64,000 bases of DNA from Alkalimonas sp. (GCF_020831925.1 NZ_JAFIFQ010000005.1:30541-94540), one strand, 5' to 3'. Counted from the first letter of the stretch, positions 1 to 12,740 are shown. The notes: generated by a model from the sequence alone, not told the origin. Numbers and translations are program-made.

Positions 1-51
1 AAGACTGATAAACATCTTTATTTTAAGCGGCAACACTGAATCATCCCTGAA

Positions 52-330
52 CTAGCGCCGGATCTGAAAATCCTGCCATTCGTCGGTCGGTAAGTCTTTA
101 TCAACATCAATGGCGCTAACTTCTGCCTGAGCCGGGCCTTGCCAGCACCATTCCAGCAGTTGCTGCAAATGATCCGGCATACCTTCGGCAACCACCTGTA
201 CCAGGCCGTCTTCCAGGTTCTGGCAGTAGCCGGTCAGGCCTAACATTTGGGCTTGCTGCTGGGTTGATGCGCGGTAAAACACGCCTTGCACTTTGCCATG
301 GATCAGCAGTCGCCAGCGTTCGTGATGCAT
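52..330 (-). CDS. acyP: Acylphosphatase
   Basis: 92 aa; GKVQGVFYR phosphate loop and conserved Asn (GYCQNLEDG). Confidence 0.92.
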   Translation of the reverse strand: MHHERWRLLIHGKVQGVFYRASTQQQAQMLGLTGYCQNLEDGLVQVVAEGMPDHLQQLLEWCWQGPAQAEVSAIDVDKDLPTDEWQDFQIRR

Positions 331-404
331 TCTGTCTTCCTTTGCTTGCTCTGAAAGACTACTAGTATAGATCAGCCAGTTCGGCCTTAGTGGCAGCCGG
401 GTAA

Positions 405-432
405 ATAAAAACGGCAGCCAGAGGCTGCCGTT
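405..432 (-). terminator. Intrinsic terminator after purH
   Basis: AACGGCAGCC-aga-GGCTGCCGTT hairpin with T-tract on the minus strand. Confidence 0.7.
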
Positions 433-450
433 GAAGAGCGAAAACAGGGG

Positions 451-2037
451 TTAGTGACGGAAGTGACGCACACCGGTAAAGACCATGGCCATGCCATGCT
501 CATCGGCTGCGGCAATCACTTCCGCATCGCGCATTGAGCCACCTGGCTGGATCACCGCAGTAATGCCAGCGGCAGCGGCCGCATCGATACCATCGCGAAA
601 CGGGAAGAAGGCATCCGAGGCCATCACAGAGCCTTTCACCTCCAGTTTTTCATCGGCGGCTTTAATGCCCGCAATTTTGGCGCTATACACCCGGCTCATC
701 TGGCCGGCGCCGACGCCAATGGTCATGCTGTCTTTGACATAGACGATGGCGTTGGATTTGACGTATTTGGCCACTTTCCAGCAGAACAACAAGTCAGTTA
801 GCTCCTGCTCGGTTGGCTGACGCTTGGTCACCACTTTTAGATCGCTTACGCTGACACTGGCCTGATCACGGTCTTGCAACAAAATACCGCCATTGACCTG
901 CTTGATATCTACCGCTGGTGCCGCGGTACTAAAAGCACCGCAAACCAACAGTCGTACATTCGGCTTGCTGCCAATCACGGCGATGGCAGCCTCAGTTGCT
1001 GCCGGGGCAATGATCACTTCAACAAACTGGCGATCGATGATGGCTTTGGCGGTGGTGTCATCCAGCTCCCGATTAAAGGCGATGATGCCACCAAAGGCTG
1101 ACGTGGGATCGGTCAGGTAAGCACGCTCGTAGGCGGCCAGAATGCTGTCACCAATGGCCACACCGCATGGGTTGGCGTGTTTTACAATGACACAGGCTGG
1201 CTCACTGAACTCTTTCACGCACTCCAGCGCGGCATCGGTGTCGGCGATGTTGTTGTACGACAGTGCTTTGCCTTGCAGCTGAGTGGCTGTAGCAACGGAT
1301 GCTTCCTGAGCAGTTGGGTCAATATAGAATGCCGCTTGTTGGTGGCTGTTCTCGCCGTAACGCAAATCCTGTTTCTTCACGAACTGGCTGTTGAAGGTAC
1401 GTGGGAAGCGGCTGGCTGGCTCGGCGGGTGTGTCATAGGCTGGTAGCATGGTGCCAAAGTGATTGGCGATCATGCCATCGTACTGAGCGGTGTGCTCAAA
1501 AGCCGCAATGGCCAGACTGAAACGGGTAGCATGGGTGGTGCCGCCCTGATGGGTTTTCATTTCGCCCAGTACAGTGGCGTAGTCGCTGGCGTTAACAATG
1601 ATGGTAACATCCTTGTGGTTCTTCGCTGCTGCACGAACCATGGTTGGGCCACCGATATCGATGTTTTCAATGGCATCTTCCAGGCTGCAGTCTTTGTTCG
1701 CTATCGTTTTAGCAAAAGGATACAGATTGACAGCGACCAAATCGATGGCGCCAATGCCATGCTCTGCCATCACGGCTTCGTCCTGACCACGGCGTGCCAG
1801 AATGCCACCATGCACTTTCGGGTGCAGGGTTTTGACACGGCCAGCCATGATTTCAGGGTGACCGGTGTAGTTGGAGACTTCCTGTACAGGAATGCCATGC
1901 TCAGCCAGCAGCTTGGCGGTACCGCCAGTAGAGAGGATCTCTACTTGCATTTGATGGAGGGCGCTGGCAAATTCAACAATACCGGTTTTGTCCGACACAC
2001 TTAGCAGTGCACGACGAATAGGGCGATAGGTAGTCAT
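451..2037 (-). CDS. purH: Bifunctional AICAR transformylase/IMP cyclohydrolase
   Basis: [35 protein letters not shown]-terminal RHFRH. Confidence 0.98.
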   Translation of the reverse strand: MTTYRPIRRALLSVSDKTGIVEFASALHQMQVEILSTGGTAKLLAEHGIPVQEVSNYTGHPEIMAGRVKTLHPKVHGGILARRGQDEAVMAEHGIGAIDLVAVNLYPFAKTIANKDCSLEDAIENIDIGGPTMVRAAAKNHKDVTIIVNASDYATVLGEMKTHQGGTTHATRFSLAIAAFEHTAQYDGMIANHFGTMLPAYDTPAEPASRFPRTFNSQFVKKQDLRYGENSHQQAAFYIDPTAQEASVATATQLQGKALSYNNIADTDAALECVKEFSEPACVIVKHANPCGVAIGDSILAAYERAYLTDPTSAFGGIIAFNRELDDTTAKAIIDRQFVEVIIAPAATEAAIAVIGSKPNVRLLVCGAFSTAAPAVDIKQVNGGILLQDRDQASVSVSDLKVVTKRQPTEQELTDLLFCWKVAKYVKSNAIVYVKDSMTIGVGAGQMSRVYSAKIAGIKAADEKLEVKGSVMASDAFFPFRDGIDAAAAAGITAVIQPGGSMRDAEVIAAADEHGMAMVFTGVRHFRH

Positions 2038-2075
2038 TTTTGTTTCTCTATTGCTTAAACGGGGCGATTAAAATG

Positions 2076-2121
2076 AAAAAAGCACCTGGCGGTGCTTTTA
2101 AGCAGGGGCCGGGGCCCCTGC
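2076..2121 (-). terminator. fis terminator plus upstream GC-rich hairpin
   Basis: AAAAAAGCACC-tggc-GGTGCTTTT (2076-2099) and GCAGGGGCC-gg-GGCCCCTGC (2102-2121). Confidence 0.7.
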
Positions 2122-2128
2122 GTCAGTC

Positions 2129-2419
2129 TCAGCTCATGCCGTACTGTTTTAATTTTTTCCGCAAAGTACCGCGGTTAATACCCATCAGGTTGGCAGCACG
2201 GGTCTGGTTGCCACGGGTATATTTCATCACTTCTTCCAGCAGTGGGCGCTCCAGCTCAGACAACACCAGGTTGTACAGATCATTGACGTCCTGACCATTC
2301 AGTTGTTGCAGGTAGTGCGCAACGGCCTTTTGAGCAGCGGTTCTCAGCGCTTGTGGTTTTTCCTGAGACTGCACATGGGCATTGGTGATAAAAGGCGAAG
2401 AAACAGTTTCATTAAACAT
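2129..2419 (-). CDS. fis: Nucleoid protein Fis
   Basis: [30 protein letters not shown]; downstream of dusB. Confidence 0.98.
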   Translation of the reverse strand: MFNETVSSPFITNAHVQSQEKPQALRTAAQKAVAHYLQQLNGQDVNDLYNLVLSELERPLLEEVMKYTRGNQTRAANLMGINRGTLRKKLKQYGMS

Positions 2420-2434
2420 TGCGATTCTCTTTAC

Positions 2435-3406
2435 TTAAGTTGCTGCTAGTTGATGAAAATACATAGTTAACGCCTCCAGTTGCTGTTCAGGCAGCTCGAT
2501 GGCGTTGAATTCTCGGCGAAATGCACCGGCTGCATCATGCTCGGCCAGATACCAGCCAACATGCTTGCGCGCGATGCGTGGCCCCAAGTGCTGGCCATAG
2601 AGCTGATGCAATCCCTGCACATGCTCTTGCAAAATGGACTCGACTTCCGAAAGCGCAGGGGGCGCTAATTCCTGCCCTGTGGCCAGGAAGTGAACCACTT
2701 CCCGGAAGATCCAAGGGCGACCCTGGGCCGCGCGGCCAATCATAATGGCGTCCGCGCCGGTGTAATCAAGTACCATCTTGGCTTTTTGCGGTGAGGTTAC
2801 ATCACCATTGGCAATCACCGGTAGGGTGATTGCCTGTTTGATGGCGCGAATTGTATCGTATTCTGCGTTCCCTTTGTACATACAAGCACGGGTACGGCCA
2901 TGAACCGCCAGCGCTTGTATGCCATTGGCTTCGGCAATACGGGCAATTTCCACTCCATTTCTATGATCCGGGTGCCAGCCGGTGCGAATTTTCAGTGTCA
3001 CTGGCACCGACACGGCTTGGACCACGGCCTGGATGATCTGTTCCACCAATTGCGGAAATTGCAGTAGTGCAGAACCAGCCAGTTTTTTATTCACTTTCTT
3101 GGCCGGGCAGCCCATATTGATATCAATGATATCGGCACCCAGCTCCACATTGTACTGAGCGGCTTCAGCCATTTGCGCTGGATCGGCCCCGGCAATCTGC
3201 ACCGAGCGGATGCCACTTTCAGCCTGATGCGTCATGCGCTTTTGTGATTTCTCACTCTGCCACACCAGCGGATTGCTTGAGAGCATTTCCGACACCGCCA
3301 GGCCTGCACCAAACCGACGACACAGCTGACGAAAGGCAACGTCCGTGACACCTGCCATAGGGGCACAAATGACATTGTTCGGCAGTTGATAGGGACCGAT
3401 TCGCAC
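2435..3406 (-). CDS. dusB: tRNA-dihydrouridine synthase B
   Basis: APMAGVTD, DINMGCP, VHGRT; dusB-fis operon. Confidence 0.97.
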   Translation of the reverse strand: MRIGPYQLPNNVICAPMAGVTDVAFRQLCRRFGAGLAVSEMLSSNPLVWQSEKSQKRMTHQAESGIRSVQIAGADPAQMAEAAQYNVELGADIIDINMGCPAKKVNKKLAGSALLQFPQLVEQIIQAVVQAVSVPVTLKIRTGWHPDHRNGVEIARIAEANGIQALAVHGRTRACMYKGNAEYDTIRAIKQAITLPVIANGDVTSPQKAKMVLDYTGADAIMIGRAAQGRPWIFREVVHFLATGQELAPPALSEVESILQEHVQGLHQLYGQHLGPRIARKHVGWYLAEHDAAGAFRREFNAIELPEQQLEALTMYFHQLAAT

Positions 3407-3440
3407 TTTATTCGCTCAGCTCGCACAGCTCTTACCCTCA

Positions 3441-3477
3441 GGGGGCGCAAGTTTACGGATTTTTGCCCGCCTTGCAA
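3441..3477 (-). promoter_or_regulatory. sigma70 promoter of dusB-fis with GC-rich discriminator
   Basis: Minus strand TTGCAA-N16-TAAACT followed by TGCGCCCCC. Confidence 0.6.
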
Positions 3478-3580
3478 AGGCTAATATTTAAACAATTCTG
3501 AAATTTATTGCGCCTTGATGCCTTGACAAAAGCTAACTGCTTGAATTTTCGCCAACATCGGGCCAGGCCTGACATCGGAA

Positions 3581-3610
3581 TAAAAAAGGCGCCACTCAAG
3601 GGCGGCGCCA
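3581..3610 (-). terminator. Terminator of the His-rich lipoprotein gene
   Basis: GGCGCC stem with a 6-T tract on the minus strand. Confidence 0.7.
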
Positions 3611-3662
3611 ATACCCAACACTCAGGAACAGAGGTGCAGGAAACCGGGAGGGTTAGAACCCT

Positions 3663-5018
3663 TTAGTGATCGTGCTCATCGTGCGATGGGTCCGCGACAC
3701 CTAGCCAGGTGATCAGCGCTGGCTCGAAATCCAGCGAAATACGCTCAACCGTCAGGCTGTGTAAATCCACCACTACCAGTTGTTTTGCCACCGGATCGGT
3801 CAGGTAAATGGTTTCATTTTGCTGATTGACGGCAATGCGTGGCCGGTTGTTGTTGTCGATGGTTTCGATCAACGTCAGGCTGTCTTTCAAAGCGAAATCC
3901 GCATCCCAATCGAACACATGCAAGGCTCCAGTGCTATCCAGCACCGCATAATGCTCACCATGAGCATCCACCGCAGAGGCAATACGGGTTACCTCGCTGT
4001 CGCCACGCCAATCCAGCTCACGCATACTGCCGTGAATGGCATCGATGATCCAGATGGCCTGGCCGGCATAGCCAATCACTTCATGCTGGTGCTTGTGGCC
4101 GCTAAAGCTGCCAATACGGCCAGTCAGGCTTTCGGCATTGGCAATTTTGCTGGCCAGAAACTGAGTGCCACGTTGTTCGACTAACAGCACGCCATCAGCA
4201 CAGCCGAATAGCGTATAATCTTCAATTGAATAGCTGCCGTGCAAGCGTTCGCATGGCTCGTTGAACCGAATTTCAAAATCGTAATGATCATCATGGCGGT
4301 GGTACAGCTCCACCTGGCTTGGCAAGGTGGTGGCAGTGCCAGCGGCCCGGTAGGTGGTTAGCAGATAGTCACCACGCACTTCAGCGGTACCGTGCTGGTT
4401 GATATCCAGCGTCAGGCTGGCACCAATGCGGCCGTGTGCCAAATCGTCATCGCTGAATACGAATACAGCAGCGTTTTGCTGTGGATCGGCGTAACCATCG
4501 TAAAACAGTGCTGCCAGGCCTTCATGGGCCTCGTAATGGGTAGGCGCCGGGCCTGCCAGTTCAAAGCTAAGCATGACTGGGGCCTGCACATAGTCGTGCA
4601 TGTGATCGCCGTGATCTTCCTGCCACTGACCGCCATCGAGTATCTGGGTGATGTTTTCGCTGCGCTGATTTAACAGGGCAAACCGAAAGCCCGGACTGGC
4701 AAAGAGTTGGGATACTTCGTGCTCTGTTTCCAGTTCGGCAATGATTTCATTGTCATGCAAATCGAACACATAGACATGGTGGTGGCTATGGTCATGATCG
4801 TGATCATCATCATGATGCGGCGCAGCGGTGATGACCAGGCGACCGCCCTCGGTGCTGTGGTGACCGTGGTCGTGATCATGATCGTGGTCATGGCCATGAT
4901 CGTGTTGATCCTCTGCCACAGTGTCCAAATAGGTGTGGCTGTCGTTACAGCCGGTCAGCAGTAAGCCACTGGCCAGTGCCAGGCTGGCTGCCAGAGGAAA
5001 AGAGGTTGAAGTGCGCAC
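3663..5018 (-). CDS. His-rich lipoprotein, AztD-like zinc metallochaperone (beta-propeller)
   Basis: Lipobox LLLTGC; His/Asp-rich tracts at N- and C-terminus; motifs EDHGDH, PTHY, QHG, CERLHG recall AztD; GTG start with GGAG RBS; upstream Zur-like box. Confidence 0.7.
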   Translation of the reverse strand: MRTSTSFPLAASLALASGLLLTGCNDSHTYLDTVAEDQHDHGHDHDHDHDHGHHSTEGGRLVITAAPHHDDDHDHDHSHHHVYVFDLHDNEIIAELETEHEVSQLFASPGFRFALLNQRSENITQILDGGQWQEDHGDHMHDYVQAPVMLSFELAGPAPTHYEAHEGLAALFYDGYADPQQNAAVFVFSDDDLAHGRIGASLTLDINQHGTAEVRGDYLLTTYRAAGTATTLPSQVELYHRHDDHYDFEIRFNEPCERLHGSYSIEDYTLFGCADGVLLVEQRGTQFLASKIANAESLTGRIGSFSGHKHQHEVIGYAGQAIWIIDAIHGSMRELDWRGDSEVTRIASAVDAHGEHYAVLDSTGALHVFDWDADFALKDSLTLIETIDNNNRPRIAVNQQNETIYLTDPVAKQLVVVDLHSLTVERISLDFEPALITWLGVADPSHDEHDH

Positions 5019-5042
5019 AGCAAATCTCCGATATTAGGTTGT

Positions 5043-5065
5043 GATTTGTTATAACATAACATTAA
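5043..5065. promoter_or_regulatory. Zur-like operator
   Basis: GATTTGTTATAACATAACATTAA versus consensus GAAATGTTATA-N-TATAACATTTC; 24 bp upstream of the start codon. Confidence 0.8.
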
Positions 5066-5137
5066 ATAGCTGGAGCTGACCAGTCCCTTTGGCCTGGATT
5101 TCAGGCTACTCAGCGGTGATCGGAGCTGTTTTTATCG

Positions 5138-6022
5138 TTAAGCACTGTGCTTACGAGCGCTCAGGCGTACCCATTCGTCCTGCTCCACCACAGGATCGAA
5201 TGCAAAACGATCGCGGTAGGCGGCCATCACCTGCTCTGCCTGTTGTGGCAAAATGCCAGACATCACCAGGCTGCCGCCAGGGCGTACATAAGCGGCAATG
5301 ACCTGATTTAGCTCGGCCAGGGGCCCTGCCAGTATATTGGCCACTACCACATCGGCGTTTAAGCTAGGTTGATCTTTGGGTAAATAGAGCTCCAGCTTAT
5401 CGGCCACTGCATTGCGCTCAGCATTGGCCATGCTGGCTTGAATGGCCTGGGGGTCGATGTCGATGCCTACCACACGCTTGGCGCCAAGTTTTAAAGCAGC
5501 TATTGCCAGAATACCGGAACCACATCCAAAATCGACCACGGTTTGCTCTGGTTCAATATGCGCGTCCAGCCATTGCATGCAAAGGGCTGTGGTTGGGTGG
5601 GTGCCGGTGCCAAAGGCAATACCCGGGTCCAGCAGCACATTGATGGCATCTGGATCCGGAATCGCGCGCCAGCTGGGGCAGACCCAGAGCCGCTTGCCAA
5701 ACTGAATCGGGTGGAAATTATCCATCCATTCGCGCTCCCAGTCTTTGTCTTCCAGCTGCTCCAGCTTGTAGCTTAGCCCCTGTTTAAACAACGCCGTTTG
5801 CCGCAGTTTATCCAGCACCGCTTGCATGGGATGATCGGCTTCAAACAAACCCATGACGGTGGTGTCCTGCCAGTACAGCACTTCGCCGGGCAAGGGCTCG
5901 TAAATGGGGGTGTCTTTGCTGTCGATAAAGGTCACGGCCTGGGCGCCCCAGCCAATCAGCATGTCACTGACTTGTTCGGCATGATGTTCGGTGGTTTGAA
6001 TGCGAAGTTGGATCCAGGGCAT
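5138..6022 (-). CDS. prmA: Ribosomal protein L11 methyltransferase
   Basis: [25 protein letters not shown]; start set at MPWIQ. Confidence 0.97.
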   Translation of the reverse strand: MPWIQLRIQTTEHHAEQVSDMLIGWGAQAVTFIDSKDTPIYEPLPGEVLYWQDTTVMGLFEADHPMQAVLDKLRQTALFKQGLSYKLEQLEDKDWEREWMDNFHPIQFGKRLWVCPSWRAIPDPDAINVLLDPGIAFGTGTHPTTALCMQWLDAHIEPEQTVVDFGCGSGILAIAALKLGAKRVVGIDIDPQAIQASMANAERNAVADKLELYLPKDQPSLNADVVVANILAGPLAELNQVIAAYVRPGGSLVMSGILPQQAEQVMAAYRDRFAFDPVVEQDEWVRLSARKHSA

Positions 6023-6158
6023 GGCGGTTCTCATGGTTTAGCTGTAAAAAACGGTATTCTATCATCAGCCAGCGACAAAGCCGAAAAAAAGCAGAGTCAT
6101 GAGGACATCAAAACAAAACAGGCTCCGCAGAGCCTGTTTTAATGGTTTGAAGCCGGGC

Positions 6159-7499
6159 TTATAAGCCGAGCTTCTTTTCCAGATAATGAATATTGGTGCC
6201 GCCTTTGCAGAAGCCGGCATCATTCATAATATCTTTGTGCAGCGGGATATTGGTTTTAATGCCGCCAACCAGCAATTCGCTTAGTGCATTGCGCATTTTG
6301 GCAATGGCCACATCGCGGGTATCACCATAGGTGATCAGCTTGCCAACCATCGAATCGTAATTCGGTGGCACTGTGTAATCGGCATAAATGTGCGAATCCC
6401 AACGTACGCCAAAACCACCCGGCGGATGGAAGCGGGTAATGGTGCCCGGCGATGGAATAAAGGTGGCTGGATCTTCGGCATTGATACGGCACTCGATGGC
6501 ATGGCCACGAATCACAATGTCTTCTTGCTTGATGCTCAGTGGCAAGCCAGAAGCGATGCGCAGTTGCTCCTTGATCAGATCGACGCCGGTGATCATCTCA
6601 GTGACCGGATGCTCAACCTGAATACGGGTGTTCATTTCAATAAAAAAGAACTCGCCGTTTTCAAACAGGAACTCAAAAGTACCGGCACCGCGGTAGTTCA
6701 TTACCTTACAAGCATCGACACAGCGGCCACCGATGAAATCACGCAGCTCCTGAGTAATGCCAGGGGCCGGAGCCTCTTCCACCACTTTTTGGTGGCGACG
6801 CTGCATCGAGCAGTCGCGCTCACCCAGGTGAATGGCATGGCCCTGACCATCGGCCAGTACCTGCACTTCAACATGGCGTGGATTTTCCAGGAATTTTTCC
6901 ATGTAGACCATGTCGTTGCCAAAGGCAGCTTTGGCTTCGGCTTTGGTCATCTCAATCGAGCTGACCAGTTCGCTTTCCGAACGCACCACCCGCATGCCAC
7001 GACCACCACCGCCGCCAGCAGCTTTGACAATGATCGGGTAGCCGATGCGATTGGCAATGGCTTTGTTCTTGGCGGCATCATCACCGACCGCACCGTCGGA
7101 GCCAGGCACGCACGGCACGCCGGCTTTTTTCATTGCTTCGATGGCTGAGACTTTATCGCCCATTAAGCGGATGGAGTCCGGCCGCGGGCCAATAAAGACC
7201 AGGCCGCTTTCTTCCACTTGCTGCGCGAACTCAGCGTTTTCTGCCAAAAAGCCATAGCCTGGGTGGATGGCTTGGGCATTGGTGACTTCCGCCGCCGCAA
7301 TCAGTGCTGGCACATTCAGGTAACTTTTCGGTGAGGGCGCTGGGCCGATGCAGATGGTTTCATCGGCCAGCAGCACATGTTTCAGGTTACGATCGACCGT
7401 GGAGTGCACGGCGACCGTCTTGATCCCGAGCTCTTTGCAGGCACGCAGAATGCGTAGTGCAATTTCGCCCCGGTTGGCAATCAAGACTTTTTCTAACAT
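6159..7499 (-). CDS. accC: Acetyl-CoA carboxylase biotin carboxylase
   Basis: [27 protein letters not shown]. Confidence 0.98.
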   Translation of the reverse strand: MLEKVLIANRGEIALRILRACKELGIKTVAVHSTVDRNLKHVLLADETICIGPAPSPKSYLNVPALIAAAEVTNAQAIHPGYGFLAENAEFAQQVEESGLVFIGPRPDSIRLMGDKVSAIEAMKKAGVPCVPGSDGAVGDDAAKNKAIANRIGYPIIVKAAGGGGGRGMRVVRSESELVSSIEMTKAEAKAAFGNDMVYMEKFLENPRHVEVQVLADGQGHAIHLGERDCSMQRRHQKVVEEAPAPGITQELRDFIGGRCVDACKVMNYRGAGTFEFLFENGEFFFIEMNTRIQVEHPVTEMITGVDLIKEQLRIASGLPLSIKQEDIVIRGHAIECRINAEDPATFIPSPGTITRFHPPGGFGVRWDSHIYADYTVPPNYDSMVGKLITYGDTRDVAIAKMRNALSELLVGGIKTNIPLHKDIMNDAGFCKGGTNIHYLEKKLGL

Positions 7500-7517
7500 A
7501 GGTTTGGCCTTTTTTGC

Positions 7518-7973
7518 TTATTCGATAATAACCAGGGGCTGGTCAAATTCTACCGGCTCGCCGTCTTGGACCAGAATTTCTTTCACCACACCGGCTTTGT
7601 CGGACTGGATCTGGTTCATCATCTTCATCGCTTCCACGATGCAGAGGGTATCGCCTACTTTCACACTCTGGCCTACCTCGATAAATGGCTTGGATGTTGG
7701 CGAAGGCGAACGGTAGAAAGAACCAACCATGGGTGAACGTACCCGGTGGCCTGTGGTTTCTGCCGGAGCACTGGCAACGGCTGGGGCAGCCGCTGGAGCT
7801 GCTGCCGGAGCAGGAGCAGCCATAGGGGCTGGTGCCGCTGCATAGTGAACTTGCTGAGGTGCTGTGCTTTGACGGCTGATGCGAACCGATTCTTCGCCTT
7901 CGGTGATTTCCAGCTCAGAGATACCGGACTCTTCAACCAGCTCGATCAGTTTCTTAATTTTTCTAATGTCCAT
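7518..7973 (-). CDS. accB: Biotin carboxyl carrier protein
   Basis: EAMKMMN biotinylation motif; Ala/Pro linker. Confidence 0.98.
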   Translation of the reverse strand: MDIRKIKKLIELVEESGISELEITEGEESVRISRQSTAPQQVHYAAAPAPMAAPAPAAAPAAAPAVASAPAETTGHRVRSPMVGSFYRSPSPTSKPFIEVGQSVKVGDTLCIVEAMKMMNQIQSDKAGVVKEILVQDGEPVEFDQPLVIIE

Positions 7974-7992
7974 AAAGGTTTAACCTGTCATT

Positions 7993-8451
7993 CTAGGTGG
8001 ATGGATTGGATTGCGTAAAAGACACTGCTGCCTCAATGGCAAAGCGGTAGCCTTGTGGTCCCAGACCACAAATCACGCCTTTGGCAATGTCCGAAAGATA
8101 CGAATGCTGCCGGAATGGCTCGCGAGCATGCACATTGCTCAGATGCACTTCAATGCAGGGAATGGCAACCGCCAGCAAGGCATCACGAAGAGCCACGCTG
8201 GTATGAGTGAAGGCACCCGGGTTGATGACAATAAAATCAACCTGGCCCAGACTCTGGTGAATACGGTCGAGCAGTTCATGTTCAGCGTTGCTCTGAAAAT
8301 GGCTGAGCTGCACCTTCATGCCAGCGGCAAAATCCTGCAGTTCTTGCACCAGCTCGGACAGGGTTTGACGCCCATAGACCGTAGGCTCGCGCACACCCAA
8401 CATATTCAAGTTTGGGCCATTTAACAACAGAATCCGCGTTTTATTCACCAT
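7993..8451 (-). CDS. aroQ: Type II 3-dehydroquinate dehydratase
   Basis: [30 protein letters not shown]. Confidence 0.96.
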   Translation of the reverse strand: MVNKTRILLLNGPNLNMLGVREPTVYGRQTLSELVQELQDFAAGMKVQLSHFQSNAEHELLDRIHQSLGQVDFIVINPGAFTHTSVALRDALLAVAIPCIEVHLSNVHAREPFRQHSYLSDIAKGVICGLGPQGYRFAIEAAVSFTQSNPST

Positions 8452-8603
8452 AAGCTGCACATTTCCTGCACGTTCACGTTATTTCTCTGCATTATGCCTG
8501 AAGCAACCAGAATTAACAGCTGCCTTGAGTTTTATGAGTAAATAACGCGCGCTTGGTTCCGATTTAACGGCTTATTATAGTGAAATCGTGACAAATGGCA
8601 GCA

Positions 8604-8640
8604 AAATACTGGTCTAATCAGCAGGAAAAGACCAGTTTTC
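8604..8640 (-). terminator. Probable dsbD terminator
   Basis: ACTGGTCT...AGACCAGT inverted repeat followed by ATTTT on the minus strand. Confidence 0.45.
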
Positions 8641-8675
8641 CGTTGTCTCATGCCTCTTTATCCGACCAGGGCTGC

Positions 8676-10457
8676 TTATTCAAGGATGGCTGCCAGGTGG
8701 CGGGCAAAGGGGCGGGCCGCCATAAAGCCGGTGACACGGGATTGCGTCATTTCGTTGCCATCGGCATCAAAGAACAACAAGGTCGGTAGCCCCAGCACCT
8801 GGTAGCGATCCAGCAACTGCTGATCGGCCCTGCTCATGCGGGTGACATCAATTTTCAGCAGTACCATCTGCTGCAGGTAGGGTTGGACTTGCTCGGCCGG
8901 GAAGGTCAGTAGCTCGAATTCCTTGCAGGCCACACACCATTCAGCGTACAAGTCCAGCAATACCACCTGGCCATTGGCTTTGGCTTTGGCCAATGCCTGA
9001 TCTAGCTCGGTCTGATTAGCCACCAGCTGGAACTGGCCTGGGGTTTGTTGCCCGGCAGATGTCTGCGCCATTGTCGTACTGCCGCTTTGTGGCCACCAGC
9101 TTTGTACATTGATCAGCACCGTCAGGATCAGCAACAACTGAGCCGGTAACCAGAGCGCGCTTCGGGCTTTGAGGCTGGTCAGTTGCTGCGACACATAATG
9201 CAGGTAGAGGGCGGCAGATAAAGCCAGTACTGTGCCCAGCAGCAAAGTAACCCAGCCGGGCACAAAGCGATCGAGCAACCAGACCGGCACCGCCAGCAGC
9301 AAAAAGCCAAAAATATTTTTTACCGCGTACATCCACTGGCCGGCTTTGGGCAGCAGCTTAGCGCCCGAGCTGCCCAATATCAGCAGCGGTAAGCCCATAC
9401 CCAGGCTCAGCACATAAAGCGTAATAGCACCGCGCAGCAAATCGCCGCTTTGTGCTACGTACAGCAGAGCAGCAGTCAGTGGAGCTGTGGTGCAGGGGGA
9501 GGCAATAAGACCGGACAAACTGCCCATGACAAAGGCCCCTTTGGCAGAACCGCGCTGTTGTTTGTTGCTAATGGCCGCAACTTTCGCCTGCCAGGCGCTC
9601 GGCAAACTAAAATTCAACGCACCAAACATCGCCAGCGCCAGCAGCACAAACAAGGCGCTGACCAGCAGTAAAATGGCCGGGTGCTGAAGCATGGCCTGAA
9701 AACGCACCCCCAGGCTGGCAATGACCAGGCCAAGCAAGGCATAAGTCAGCGCCATGCCCTGCACATAGGCAAAAGACAGGGTAAAGGCTTTCTTATTGGA
9801 CAGATCCTTGCCCTGGCCGACAATAATGCTGGATAAAATCGGGTACATCGGAAAGACGCACGGGGTAAAAGCCAGACCCAGTCCCAGTAAAAAGAACACC
9901 CCCAGCGTCAGTAAAAAGCCGGAGCCTGCCAAGCGTTCGGCCAGGGTATTCTGGCTGGAAATCGGTGCGGACGACGCGACCGATTCAGCGCCATTGCTGG
10001 CAGTATTGCCGGTGGCAGGGCTTAGCGGCACGGTTTTGGTGGTGGGCGGGTAGCAAAAGCCAGCCTCGGCACAACCCTGATAGCGCACCCGTAGCTCGGC
10101 ATCGTCGCCAATATCGGATAACGGCAAACGCAGAATGACCTGATGGTAGTAGACATCGGTCACGCCGAAGAACTCATCTTCGATGGTCATGGCGGCCGGG
10201 TAGCTGGGATGCGAGAAGCTAACAGCAATACCGGCAAACTTGAATTGCTCTTTGTACAGGTAGTAGCCGTCGGCAATGGTCCAGCTGAGCAGCAGCTCAT
10301 CGTCCTGCTGGCGAAAATCAAACTCGAAGGCCTGATCGACCGGTAAAAAACGTGATGACTCACCGGTAATGGCGGCCAATACACTGTCATTGGCCTGAGC
10401 CGGTAACAGCGCCAACCAGCACAACAACAAGCAACTCAGTAAAGCTCGTAACATCAA
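8676..10457 (-). CDS. dsbD: Thiol:disulfide interchange protein DsbD
   Basis: Signal peptide; QGCAEAGFCYPP; membrane cysteines in FTPCVFP and ASPCTTAP; C-terminal WCVAC. Confidence 0.96.
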   Translation of the reverse strand: MMLRALLSCLLLCWLALLPAQANDSVLAAITGESSRFLPVDQAFEFDFRQQDDELLLSWTIADGYYLYKEQFKFAGIAVSFSHPSYPAAMTIEDEFFGVTDVYYHQVILRLPLSDIGDDAELRVRYQGCAEAGFCYPPTTKTVPLSPATGNTASNGAESVASSAPISSQNTLAERLAGSGFLLTLGVFFLLGLGLAFTPCVFPMYPILSSIIVGQGKDLSNKKAFTLSFAYVQGMALTYALLGLVIASLGVRFQAMLQHPAILLLVSALFVLLALAMFGALNFSLPSAWQAKVAAISNKQQRGSAKGAFVMGSLSGLIASPCTTAPLTAALLYVAQSGDLLRGAITLYVLSLGMGLPLLILGSSGAKLLPKAGQWMYAVKNIFGFLLLAVPVWLLDRFVPGWVTLLLGTVLALSAALYLHYVSQQLTSLKARSALWLPAQLLLILTVLINVQSWWPQSGSTTMAQTSAGQQTPGQFQLVANQTELDQALAKAKANGQVVLLDLYAEWCVACKEFELLTFPAEQVQPYLQQMVLLKIDVTRMSRADQQLLDRYQVLGLPTLLFFDADGNEMTQSRVTGFMAARPFARHLAAILE

Positions 10458-10609
10458 TCGGTTCTCTTCTTTGTTTCAGGCAGGCCAGACTATACGCTGC
10501 CTGGCAGGTTCCGGTCTTGTTTGAAGCGATACAATACCAGTTTGACGCTATCATTAGCAAAATCTGTTGTCGTAATCTGGCCATTGCAGAAAATTTTTTT
10601 AGCTTCCCC

Positions 10610-10638
10610 CTTGGATTCAGTTTTTGCTTACCCCATAT
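10610..10638 (+). promoter_or_regulatory. sigma32 heat-shock promoter of groESL
   Basis: CTTGGA-N15-CCCCATAT (consensus CTTGAA-N13-15-CCCCATNT). Confidence 0.8.
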
Positions 10639-10698
10639 ACAGCGCAACCCAATTTAACAACCCATGTTAAAACGCAAACTCGCTTTAGGAGATAGAGC

Positions 10699-10992
10699 AT
10701 GAATATTCGTCCTTTACATGACCGCGTCATCATCAAACGTCAGGAAGCTGAAACCAAATCAGCTGGTGGCATCGTTCTGACTGGCTCTGCCGCAGAGAAA
10801 TCCACCCGTGGTACTGTTATCGCCGTTGGCAACGGCCGCATTCTGGATAACGGTGATGTGAAAGCACTGGATGTCAAAGTTGGCGACACGGTGATTTTCA
10901 ACGATGGTTACGGCGTTAAGACGCAAAAGATTGATGGTGAAGAAGTGTTGATCGTCAGTGAGAACGATATCCTGGCTGTAGTTGAAGCCTAA
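10699..10992 (+). CDS. groES: Co-chaperonin GroES
   Basis: [15 protein letters not shown] mobile loop. Confidence 0.99.
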   Translation: MNIRPLHDRVIIKRQEAETKSAGGIVLTGSAAEKSTRGTVIAVGNGRILDNGDVKALDVKVGDTVIFNDGYGVKTQKIDGEEVLIVSENDILAVVEA

Positions 10993-11018
10993 TCCATCAT
11001 TGCACTAACTGAATTTAG

Positions 11019-12674
<1,656 letters not shown>

Positions 12675-12701
12675 TGCGCTCAGACCTCGTCTGAAACCCT
12701 G

Positions 12702-12729
12702 AAAACCCGGCCTTGGCGCCGGGTTTTTT
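12702..12729 (+). terminator. groEL terminator, probably bidirectional
   Basis: AAAACCCGG-ccttggcg-CCGGGTTTTTT. Confidence 0.85.
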
Positions 12730-12740
12730 ATTGGTACAAT

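Noticed and set aside
3570-3655. GGA motifs on the plus strand suggesting a CsrB/Rsm-type RNA
   Set aside because: Only about four GGA motifs, not in hairpin loops, with no plus-strand terminator; the minus-strand 3' UTR reading fits better.
4740-4915. Repetitive GATCAT/GTGATC-rich DNA
   Set aside because: It encodes the His/Asp tracts of the lipoprotein; no repeat-spacer periodicity, so not CRISPR.
8607-8636. FadR-like half-sites (ACTGGTC / GACCAGT) upstream of aroQ-accBC
   Set aside because: Spacing is wrong for the 17-bp FadR operator; better explained as the dsbD terminator stem.
10560-10698. CIRCE upstream of groES
   Set aside because: Searched by eye and not found; only the sigma32 promoter is present.
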